This document shows positions 51,085 to 62,337 of a stretch of 64,000 nucleotides of DNA, one piece after another (position 1 is the first letter of the stretch; the number at the start of each line of letters is the position of its first letter). A program made the position numbers and the translations under genes. The notes beneath the pieces were generated by a model, which did no database searches, was not told the origin of the DNA, and was given only the letters and a program-made list of their open reading frames with translations. The stretch comes from Leucoraja erinacea (taxonomy: Eukaryota): NCBI RefSeq assembly GCF_028641065.1, contig NC_073386.1:55118001-55182000 (forward strand), written 5' to 3'.

Positions 51085-53578
51085 TAGGTATGTTACAAAA
51101 CCTAGTATTAACATGGGGGGAGGGGGGTTAAAATGTGTTTTTTCTCCTGCCTGTCCTGGATATATTTTCTAGGAGTGCAAGCTTTTGCTGAAGAATTGTT
51201 CCGACGGCCATTCTGTGAATTTTTATTTTTTTAATTTTATTAAATCGCCCAACAATTTCAGCACTGGAGTAATTTAAAAATCAGCTTCTAAAGCCGTCAA
51301 CGCCGACAATGGGGACGGATTTCAGGTACAGGACAGGTAAAGGAAAGCCGTTTATTTTACATATAAACGTGCTTCTTAGGATGATTACGTTGCGAAACGG
51401 TGATTTAGGCCCCATACGAACCGGCAGTATTTTACCTGCTGATATGGGGTGTAAATTCACCGCAACCGCAACGTTCCAAACGATCGCGTTCCTCAAAAAC
51501 CCACTCGCAAGATGATTAAAATGGCCATTAATTTATGGGAATTAAACACTAAATTTGGCCTATAAATCCATGACAATGAGATTTAGAAATCATGTTATGG
51601 TGTGAATTCTTGTGTGAATGTTATTTGGACACTTAGGCTATTTAAAAATGCTAATCTTTTCTTAAGAAATGGATAGATGTTTAGATCTAGTAATGAATTT
51701 TGTAATTAACTACGGGTTTAGGCCCCATATGACACCGGCAGGATTTTACGTAGATTAGGTAGGTGCTGATCCCGGAGACCGGGGAGAATCATTGCATAAA
51801 TGTTAGGTTAGTAAATTCACCGCAACCGCAACCGTTCCCAATGATCGGCCGCGTTAGCTCAGACCCCGGCAACTCTACCCTGGCTGCGAGGGCGCTCCAA
51901 ATCCAGCGCGGCCCGCGGCCGCCGGACGTCCCAGCTCCATGTCTTCGCAGATGGGATACCAGCGGGGAGCGGGCAATGCCTTACCGGGTCGCCGTATTTC
52001 CGGAACGCTGTGGGAATTAAATTCACTAAATTCTTCCATTTGGCCTATAAATCCATGACAATGAGATTTAGAAATCATGTTATGGTGTGAATTCTTGTGT
52101 GAATGTTAGGGGTAGAGTTGCCAGGGTCGGATCTACAAACGGCGCCGCCCGCAGCGCCAGCATTTACTGCACGGCGACCCGGTAAGGCATTGGCCGCTAC
52201 GTCCCTCCGACCAGGTAGGGGGACTAAGAATTTAAAGTTTACCCTTCACATAAAAGCCCTCCAAACTATAACTGACTAACATTTAAAAATGATTTACAGA
52301 TGTTAAGCGTCTTCCGGTTCCAAGAAATGGATAGATGTTTAGATCTAGTAATTGAATTTTGTAATTAACTACAATTGGGTAACTAACTAATTATATGCTT
52401 TAATTTCAGGTCATCCAAGTAAACTTGTTTTATATTTGTTTCAGAATGCTTCAATCTATAATAACTGAACATTTCTCTCAGTTCTCTTAATTTTTAAGAA
52501 AGTTATGGGCTTTTGACTGTCCTTGATCACAGCTTTTGTGCTAAGTCAATGGAAAAGCAATAGGCAGTCGGGTCACGACCCATGACTCTGTTGCTACGCT
52601 ACTCCAAATGGAGTACACGCGATGTACTACAGGTAGGCACTTACCATTGTTTCCAACGTAGCGGGCCCGTTAAAACCCGCCAAAAATGGCAATTTTTGCG
52701 CTGCAAATAATGATGGAAATCGGGATAAGCGTGTGAGACATTTAGCCTACTTCAGAATTCCAAAAGTGAGGAGAAATGACGGTAGATGGAAGTGAGAGCT
52801 GAAGGGACAACAACAGACAGAGTGCTTAGCGAACATTGGCCGTTTGCTCACTGCATTTCATCAACTAAGGCATTATTTGTGTTTTTTCTTGATTTCTTTG
52901 GCATCTAAAAAGTTTCAGAAGTGATAAATCTCGTGGGGTTTACATACAAAATGAAAACGCATCTGAAGGAAAATTTACAGCCAGATTGATCACTTCTGAG
53001 ACTTTTTAGATACCAAAGGAATCAAGAAAAAACACAAATAATGCCTTACTGTTGATGAAATGCAGTGAGCAAACGCGATAATTCCAATATTTTCAATTAC
53101 GATATCTGCACGGCCAATGTTTACCAAGCACTTTAGCTGCTGTTGTCCCTTCAGCTCTCGCTTCTCTTTACCTTCATTTCGCTTCACGTTTGGAATTCTA
53201 AAGTTGGGTACATGTCTCTCACACTTACACCGATTTCCACAATTTTTTACAGCGCAAAAATTCATCATTTTGGCGGTTTTTAACAGGTAGGAAAGTACGC
53301 GTTTTTTGCATTAATAACATATACCGGAAGTGACGGATGTCCTCCAGATGGATTGAGCGGCTCCATGCGTCAAGCCCTATGACCCAGTGACCTTACGTGC
53401 AACCCCCCTATAGGGAACAAGATGCTAATTTCCGAGTATGAAAATGGCTATAACTTTTTTAATACTGCAGATATGAAAGTGAAATATAGGTGTCAAATTA
53501 AACTTCTTTTTATGCTTTATCTGATGGGATAAATTGCAGACATGATTTTTAAAATCTCAAAATGTTGTAACATTGCTA
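51085..53578. mobile_element. Non-autonomous DNA transposon in VCAM1 intron 2
   Basis: Imperfect TIRs TAGGTATGTTACAA / TAGCAATGTTACAA; flanking CTAATAC/TTAATAC repeat; internal duplications. Confidence 0.6.
52561..53412. mobile_element. Palindromic MITE with two inverted THAP-domain remnants
   Basis: 52680-52925 and 52990-53275 are inverted copies; the minus copy encodes FCAVKNCGNR...FRIP...RVCSLHF (frameshifted). Confidence 0.7.
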
Positions 53579-53589
53579 TTAATACTCAC

Positions 53590-53865
53590 AGAATATATTG
53601 AGGTTGGCATATTTTCTTTTTTCTTCTGTGCCGCATTTTGCGGAACAAGTGTACTTGTGTTGGTTCTGCGTAGTAACCGCGGAGATGGTGAACTTGGACA
53701 CCGAGCCCCGAGTTGTGATTGTTCCGCCCAGGGGGTTATCGGTCCCGATTCTCCACGTGAAGGTCGGAGACGAGCAGCTCTTCGCCTCACAGTTCAACTC
53801 CAGCGAGTCCCCGATACGAGCCCACACGTTTCTAGACGGGTTTAACTCCAAATTGAAGGCGGATC
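53590..53865 (-). CDS. VCAM1: VCAM1-like exon 2, Ig domain 1
   Basis: ctgcag acceptor / gtgagt donor, 276 nt phase 1-1. FNLELNPSRNVWARIGDSLELNCEAKSCSSPTFTWRIGTDNPLGG...HKYTCSAKC aligns to human VCAM1 D1 ([33 protein letters not shown]...HSYLCTATC), including the 4-Cys pattern. Confidence 0.93.
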
Positions 53866-54054
53866 CTGCAGTTTTGAAACAACACACAAGCAATATTATT
53901 TTTTAAAAGCTTACAAGTTTAACGCTTTAAATATTCACCTCTTCATTTCTTTAAACAAACAGATACCAAAATTGATACTTTGGTGCCTGATATTTAACAC
54001 AAAACGAATCGTTAGAAAATGCAGATTATTAGTGGTGTAAAATAAATGAGAAAC

Positions 54055-54115
54055 CTGTGGCGAGCATCAATGCAAGAGTAATTGTAGCGGCTGGGTCGCA
54101 TCTGTCTCCAGCCAT
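54055..54115 (-). CDS. VCAM1: VCAM1-like exon 1 (signal peptide, MAGDRCDPAATITLALMLATG)
   Basis: ATG in accATGg context; hydrophobic stretch; 61 coding nt ending phase 1 at a GT donor (read-through hits TAA); about 115 nt downstream of a TATA box. Confidence 0.85.
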
Positions 54116-54132
54116 GGTTCAGCGGCACTCGG

Positions 54133-54157
54133 ACACACACACACACACACACACACA
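54133..54157. repeat. (CA)n microsatellite in the predicted VCAM1 5' UTR
   Basis: About 12 CA units between the TATA box and the ATG. Confidence 0.85.
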
Positions 54158-54228
54158 AGCCGAGGTTGACTTCACTTCTGCAAGGGGCGTCAGGCTCTGG
54201 AGCTGTGAGCCTGGGCTCCGCCGCCCCG

Positions 54229-54340
54229 CTTTATAACCCCGTCTGGAAGAGCAGGGAACTTCCCTTGGCTTCAGGCGAGCAATCCCCACCACGTACCGCT
54301 CACTGGCTCCTGGTCTTTCTCTGCTGAGGGGAATTTACCA
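54229..54340 (-). promoter_or_regulatory. VCAM1-like proximal promoter: TATA box plus NF-kB sites
   Basis: TTATAAAGC at ~54228-54236; kB site GGGAAGTTCCC 54254-54264; degenerate GGGGATTGCTC ~54276-54286; GGGAATTTACC 54329-54339. Confidence 0.7.
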
Positions 54341-56134
54341 CAAAGGGCATCGCAGTTCAAATAACCACAGGATTTCTTCACAAGTTTCCCAATTCCATAT
54401 CTTGCAGATCATAACCAGCCACTTATGGAAGCGCAGAATCACGTAATCTTTTTTTAATGCTTTTTACGCACGAACGAGAGCCACTCGGCCCATTGAGTTC
54501 GTGCCAGCACATTCATTTGGGTCCCACTGCCGCCCCTCGCCCCATGGTCTTGCAAATCCTTTCCTTCCATTAATGCTCTTGGAATGCAAACACGGAATGT
54601 GTTTCGTTTCTCTCATGTCACTATTCATTATTTGCCAATCGCCTTCATTCTTTTTCACCTCCTTTTTGACGCCAAGACCAATTTATTTTCGACTTTCAAC
54701 CATCTTCACTGACCTGTGCCCACATCAGTTTCCTCCCGTGTTATGTTTCAACGAGACTATAGAAGGACACGTATAGAATGTAGCACAGGGTGGGAGGTCA
54801 TTGAGCCCACTGTGTCTTTTCCAACTCTCTACCAGAGCACTTCATAAGTCAGATCATACCCCAAGTACCTCTGCTCATGCACCTCTTTTGGGACAGGATG
54901 CTTCATTCCACATTGTCCTGCCCACCAAACTGCAACTGTACATTTCTCTGCATGAGGATCAAAGGAAATATTTTAGGAGTGGATCATTTGTCCCCTCGAG
55001 CTTGCTCTGCTAGTCATCAAGATCATAGCCGATCTTCTAACTCCATCTAATTTTCTCTGACTATTCATGAATCCCTTCCTTCCCTGAATATCTGAATATT
55101 ACTCCTCATCTGAGTCCTAAATTATCTAATGTTGTTCTGGTTCAAATTCCTGAGAAGGAAAACATCCTCCCTGCATCCTCTTATTCTAATCTTGAGAGAA
55201 AAAAAAAGTCCAGTCTATTCACTATCTCCTCCTAATGAAAACTTTTGCTTCATAAATTCTGCTCTAACTCCATTTACATGTTTGTAGATGATACCAACAT
55301 AGTGGATCGAATCTCGAACAATGATGAGATGGAGTACAGGAAGTAGAGAGCTTAGTAGTAGGGTAGACACAAAATGCTGGAGAAACTCAGCGGGTCAGGC
55401 AGCATCTCTGGAGATAAGGAAAGGGCGACGTTTCGGCCCGAAACATTGTCTATTTCCTTCGCACCATAGATGCTGCTGCACCCGCTGAGTTTCTCCAGCA
55501 TTTTTGTGTACTTTCCTTCTTCAGACTGAATGGCACGGGAAAGGGAAATGAGAGATATAGGAATCGTAGAAGCTTATCTATGCAAAGCAAACTACCATAG
55601 AAAAGCAAAAGGCATTACCACAATAGTGAGATGATATGCATAGACATTGATTTGGTTCCCACATGTACCTCTGTACTATGGCCATAGTTACAAAGCCCTG
55701 GACATTGGAATAATCACCTGCAACATGTAGAGGCAATATTAAGCACCGTTTGTAAGTGCTTGGGTGGCACAGTGGCCCAGTTGGTAGAGTTGCTGCCTCA
55801 CAGCGCCAGAGACACCGTTTCGTTCCTGACCTAGCAGGGCTGCCAACATTGGGTGAGAGTTGAGAGTGAGAAATTGCGAGGGAGCGTAGCGACTGATGGG
55901 GGAAGGTGTGAGGGGGTGTCCCCCCTCCCATAGTAGGCTCCGGAGGCGGCACCACTCACCCGGTCCGCTCCTGGATCCGGGCCGGGGTTAAAACTCCATG
56001 GGGTGTGGACAGAGCGGTCGACGGACATAGAGCCGCCGGAGGTGAGGGTGGGAGGTGTGTGCTGTGCCTCAGGGGGGAAGGGGGAGGGGGGTTGGTGCTG
56101 GGACCACCGCCGCTGTGTCTCACCTATCACACCA

Positions 56135-57667
56135 TCTGTCCCCTCACATGCCCCACACTGCCCTTGTCCCCACACTGTCCCCCTTGTCCCCACACTGTCC
56201 CTGTCCCCACACTGTCCCCACACTGTCCCTGTCCCCACACTGTCCCTGTCCCCACACTGTCCCCCACACTGTCCCTGTCCCCACACTGTCCCTGTCCCCA
56301 CACTGTCCCTGTCCCCACACTGTCCCCACACTGTCCCACACTGTCCCCACACTGTCCCTGTCCCCACACTGTCCTTGGCACGTTACTGTCTCCACATTGT
56401 CCCCACTGGCCCCACACTGTCCCTGTCCCCACACTGTCCCTGTTTTCCCCACACTGTCCCCACACTGTCACTGTCCCCACCCTGTCCCTGTCCCCACACT
56501 GTCCCTGTCCCCACACTGTCCCTATCCCCCCCCACACTGTCCCCACACTGTCCCTGTCCCCACACTGTCCCCCTGTCCCCTGACCCCACCTGTCCACACT
56601 GTCCCCACACTGTCCCTGTCCCCACACTGTCCCTGTCCCCACACTGTCCCTGTCCCCACTGTCTCTACTGTCCCCACACTGTCCCTGTCCCCACACTGTC
56701 CCCACACTGTCCCCACACTGTCCCCACACTGTCCCCACACTGTCCCTGTCCTGTCCCCACACTGTCCCCACACTGTCCCTGTCCCCACACTGTCCCTGTC
56801 CCCGTACTGTCTCCACATGGTTCCCACACTGTCTCCACAGTTCCTGTCCCCACATTGTCTGCACGTTATTCCCACACTGTCCCCACTGTCTCCACGCTGT
56901 CCCTGTCCCCACACTGTCCCTGTCCACTGTCCCCCCACTGTCTCCACACTGTCTCTGTCCACACTGTCCCACACTGTCCCTGTCCCCACACTGTCCCTGT
57001 CCCCACTGTCCCCACACTGTCCCTGTCCCCACACTGTCCCTGTCCCCACACTGTCCCCCCTCTCCCCCACTGTTTCCACACTGTCCCACACTGTCCCTGT
57101 CCCCACACTGTCCCTGTCCCCACACTGTCCCTGTCCCCACACTGTCCCTGGCCCCACACTGTCCTTGGCCCCACACTGTCTCCACATTGTTCCTGGCCCC
57201 ACACTGTCCCTGTCCCCACTGTCCCCAGACTGTTTCTGTCCACACTGTCCCCACACTGTCCCTGTCCCCACACTGTCCCTGTCCTGTTTCTGTCCACACT
57301 GTCCCCACACTGTCCTTGTCCCCACTGTGCCTGTCCCCCCACACTGTCCCCACACTGTCCCTGTCCCCACACTGTCCCTGTCCCCACACTGTCCCCACAC
57401 TGTCCTGTCATCACTGTCCTCACACTGTCCCCACACTGTCCCTGTCCCCACACTGTCCCTGTCCCCACACTGTCCCTGTCGCCACACGGCCCCCACACTG
57501 TCCCTGTCTACACTGTCCCTGTCCCCACACTGTCTCTACACTGTCCCCACACTGTCCCTGTCCCCACACTGTCCCTGTCCCCACACTGTCCCTGTCCCCA
57601 CACTGTCCCCACACTGTCCCTGTCTCTCCACTGTCCACACACTGTCCCCACACTGTCCCTACACTGT
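56135..57667. repeat. C-rich minisatellite (CTGTCCCTGTCCCCACA / CTGTCCCCACA)n
   Basis: Direct inspection; mixed 17/12/11-bp units. Confidence 0.97.
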
Positions 57668-59647
57668 GGGTGCTGTCTGCTTAGTTTTGTTTATTGTCAC
57701 CTGTGCCGAGGTACAGTGAAAAGCTTCTCTATTAACATTCTGAGACTCTCTACATAATGGAAGTAATCACATTCGGCCCTTCAAGCTAGCATTGCCATTC
57801 AATATGATCATGGCTGATCATACAAAATCAGTACCCAGTTTCTGCTTTCTCCCCATATCCCTTGATTCCGTAACCCCATGAAATTTAAACATGGGAGGCT
57901 TTTTATAGTGAAAAGAAACTGCAAGGCACCATTTTTACCATGTGATGATTTTTCCACACGTCGGTAGTTGTTGTTGGCTCAAGAGTAACTCTGGAGAGGA
58001 ACTGGGTACATCGCAGAAATGAGAAGTAAACAGCAAACTTAGACATACACGTGGGAACTCATTTAAACTTGTGAACATAAACTTGGAATCTCATAGAAAA
58101 CCACGAGTTTGATTTTTTCTTTCACTCGGGATCACTCGTGCGTGGACTCGTACGTGAGACAGGGGCTTAACCAGTCAGCAGAAAGACAATACATGATAAT
58201 AATCGAGCCATTTACAGTGTATAGATACATGATAAGGGAATAACGTTTAGTGCAAGGTAAAGCCAGCAAAGTCCAATTAAGGATAGTCCGAGGGTGGATA
58301 GTCTGAGGGTCACCAATGAGGTAGACAGTAGTTCAGCACTGCTGTGTGGTGTTTGTCTGTGCGCTGTTTGTATTGTCTCTCTGTGACTGTTTAGGTTTCC
58401 TCCTGGTGCTCCAGTTTCCTCACAAATCCCAGACGTTTGCAGGTTATTTGGCCTCTGTAAAATTGTTCCCAATGTGTAGGGAGTGGCTGGGAAAGTAGGA
58501 AAAATGAACTAGTTTGAATGGATGATTGATCGCTGGTGTGGACTCGGTGCGCCGAATGGACTAATATATTGCAGATGCTGCAAATCTGAAATAAAGCAGA
58601 AAATGAGGAAATACTCAACAAATCAGCAACAGCTGATGGAAAAGCCAGAATTGGAATGGGGCAGGCAGCAGCCATTCAGGCTTTACAGATGATACTAAAC
58701 TGGCTGGTATCATAGATACCGAATTTGGTTACCACAAGTGACAGCAGGATTTTTATTAGTGAGGCAAGTGGGCTAAGGAATGGTTAATTAAATTTAGTGC
58801 AGGTAAGTGTTTCATTAGGGGAAGTCAAACCAGGGCAGGACCTTCACTGTGAATGGTGGTCCCTGGAAAGTATTGTAGAGCAAAGGAATCTATGAGTGCT
58901 GGGATATAGTTCCCTGCAAGTGTCGTCACAGATAGATCAGGTGGTCAAGAAGGCTTTCGGTACAATGGCCTTCATCAGTCACAGTAATGAGTACAGAAGT
59001 TGGGATAGACCTGAAGAAGGCATAGACTATTTTCTAAATGGGGAGAGAATCCAGAAATTGAAGGTGCAAAGGGATGGAGCAGGATTCCCAAAAAGTTAAA
59101 CTGCAAGTTGAATCAGTAGTAAAGAAAGCTAGCATTTATTATAAGAGGGCTTGTATACACAAATAGGGACGTAATGCTGAGGCTCTATAAGGCGCTGGTA
59201 AGGTCGCATTTGGAATATTGTGAGCAATTTTGGTCACCATATGTGAGGAAGGATGTGCTGGCTCTAGAGTAGGACCAGAGGAGGTTCACAAGAATGATCC
59301 CAGTAATGAGTAGGTTAACCTATGATGAGCATTTGACGGCACTGGGCCTGTACTCACTGGAATTTAGATGAGGGGAGGATCTCATTGAAACATACAGAAT
59401 AGTGAAAGGCTTGGATAGAGTGGATGTGGAGAGGATGTTTCCACTAGTGGGAGAGTCTAGGACTAGAGGTCACAGCCTCAGAATTAAGGGACGTTCTTTT
59501 AGGAAGGAGATGAGGGGAAATCTATTTCGTCAGAGTTTTATCAATCTGTGGAATTCTTTGCCACAGAAGGCACAACCTTTGAATCCATCACTGAATTTTG
59601 CTGTTGCTGCACCAACCTCTCCTCCCCACCCCCACCTGCATCAATAA

Positions 59648-62337
59648 TCTCTATACTTATAAAACTCTGATCTTGGGTCTTATTTGGGTGTGTGTTTGTG
59701 TGTAATCACATCTTTGCAAAAAAAATTCCAGTAGACATATTTCCCCTGGAGTGCAAAATCGCCTTATCTGCAAATTTCATGCTTTATTTGTCGAGTAATT
59801 AATGAAAATGTTCAAAAATCTGACAAAACATTTAATTTAATAATGACTGTCTTTCGCTGATGATGTCATAATGGGTCTGCAAGCCTTTTTCCTTGCGCTG
59901 CAAGTGACGTCACCTCCCAAAAATTCCCTCCTCCCCCCCCGTCATTCAAAAGACGGAGATGAAGTCGGCCCTGGATTGAAGGTCATAGCTGTAGACTGCA
60001 GCATACCAACTTGTGTTCCTTTGGTCGATGCCTGCCCACCCACCCGCTTGCCCGCCCGCCCCGTCACTGCCTCGCCCCCACGCTGCCTAGCTCGGCGCAG
60101 GGTAGGGAGGTTGCTGTTATTCTCTGCCTCTGTAGCTGCCCTCTCTCTGCCTCTGCCCTCTGCCTCTGCCCGCTAGCTCTGTAGCTGCCCTCTCTCTGCC
60201 TCTGCCCTCAGTCCTCTACCTCCTTCCCTCTGCCCTTGCCCTCTGCCCCTGGACTCTGCCCTCTGTCTCTGCCCCTGCCCTCTCTACACCCCTCCCTCTC
60301 TCTCTCTCTAGCTGGGAGCATTGGCTTGTTTGAAGTTGAAAGGCTATCTACTTACTATACTGCAAATCTCTGTGGCTTGGGAGCTTTGGCTTGAAGTTGA
60401 AAGGCAATCATTCTTACTGCTCAGATGGTGGCTTTGGGTGCTTTGGCTTGAAGTTGACAAAAGAGATATTAAAAAATCACCATTCTCTCTGCTGCACCTG
60501 CTGGAGGGAGGGGGAGGGACTATAAAACCAGGAAGTGGTGTGCCTCAATCAGTCTCTGCAAGATGGATGAAGCCAATGGTCATGTCTCTATGAGCTCTGA
60601 ATAACACTGAACAAATGTCTACACAACTGTGTACCCTTAATGTGGTTTGAAAATGAAAATATGGGTTGTTTGAAGTAAAAAGGCACTGCCTGCAAATGGT
60701 GGCTTGGGAGCTTTGGATTCAAGTTGAAAGGCACTACTTACTGCAAATGGTGGCGGGTGATTTGCTTGAAGTTGAAAGGCACTACTTACTGCACATGGTG
60801 GCTTGGGTGCTTTGGCTTGATGTTGAAAGGCACTACTTACTGCAAATGGTGGCATGAAGTTGAAAGGCACTACTTACTGCAAATGGTGGCATGGGTGCAT
60901 TGGCTTGAAGTTGAAAGGCACTACTTACTGCAAATGGTGGCTTGGCAGCTTTGGCTTGAAGTTGAAAGGCAATTCTTACTGCAAATGGTGGCTTGGGTGC
61001 TTTGGCTTGAAGTTGAATTGCACTATTTACTGCAAATTGTGGCTTAGGAGCTTTGGCTTGAAGTTGAAAGGTAATTCTTACTGCAAATGGTGGCTTGGGA
61101 GCTTTGGCTTGAAGTTTAAAAAAAATCACCATTCTCTCTGCTGCACCTACTGGAGGGGAAGGACTATAAAACCAGGAAGTGGTGTGCCTCAGTCTCTGCA
61201 AGATGGATGAAGCCAATGGTCACGTCTCTATGAGCTCTGAATAACACTGAACAAATGTCTACACAACTGTGTACCCTTAATGTGGTTTGAAAATGAAAAT
61301 ATGGGTTGTTTGAAGTAAAAAGGCACTGCCTGCAAATGGGTGTTTGGGTGCTTTGGCTTGAAGTTGAAAGGCACTTCTTACTGAAAATGGTGGCTTGGAT
61401 GCTTTGGCTTGTAGTTGAAAGGCCCTACTTACTGCAAATGGTGGCATGAAGTTGAAAGGTACTACTTACTGCAAATGGTGGCTTGGGTGCTTTAGCTTGA
61501 AGTTGATAGGCACTACTTACTGTTATGATGGTGGCTTGGGTGCTTTGGCTTGAAGTTAAAAGGCACGACTGCAAATGCACTTACTTCCTGTTTGCACTGT
61601 ATATTGATTTTAGATAAAATGCTACCACTTATGGCTGTGATTTTTGGCCATCTTACTCAGTCCCCCCTCTGCTGTGCAGGTGCAGATAATGCTTCCCATC
61701 AATGAAAAATAAAAGTGTTAGTGTTTAAAAATTGTTGAGAATCTCTCTCCTGTCAATCACGCCCTGAAAGCCGCACCCCTTCCGGTGGGAGCTGGGAGGG
61801 ATTTTAAAACCCGGAAGTGTGGGTGTGGCTCAGTCTCTGCAAGATGGGGGAGGGAGAAGTCACGACTGTCTGAGCTGTGAATCAACTGAACACTCTGAAT
61901 GTCTACTGAACTGTGAGTTTGGTGTTTTGTGTGGTTTTATGGTGGTTTCACCCTGCATGAAATGGTATGAAGCTGCATTTGAATTTTGGTGGCCTTCGAC
62001 CCTGCTTGAAGTGGTATGAAACTGCACTTGAATTTGGTGGCCTTGCACCCTGCTGAAAGTGGTAAGAAACGTGGATTTGAATTTGGTGGCCTTGCACCCT
62101 GCTTGAAATGGAATTTCAAGGAATAGTCATGAGTCAACTGCCAGCCCACCAGCCGTGCGTGAGCTGCCAGCAGATCAGGCTTGAGGGACTGAGCTGCCAC
62201 CCCAAGAATCCATACCAGCACTCCAGAAAGCCCCCCCACTACCACCAATATTGGAATTGGTGGAGAGGTGGAATATTGCGTCGGGGGACCAGCCCTCCCG
62301 TGTGAACATGGGACCCAACGGGTCCCACTTAGTCTAG
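59648..62337 (+). mobile_element. Non-autonomous Helitron A
   Basis: a|TCTCTATACTTATAAAACTCTGATCTTG start; hairpin TGGGACCC-aac-GGGTCCCA 62309-62327, then CTAG 62334-62337; ~54-bp internal repeats. Confidence 0.88.

Noticed and set aside
56003-57757. Long Cys/Pro/His-rich ORFs (up to 584 aa) in several frames
   Set aside because: Translations of a stop-free minisatellite, open on both strands
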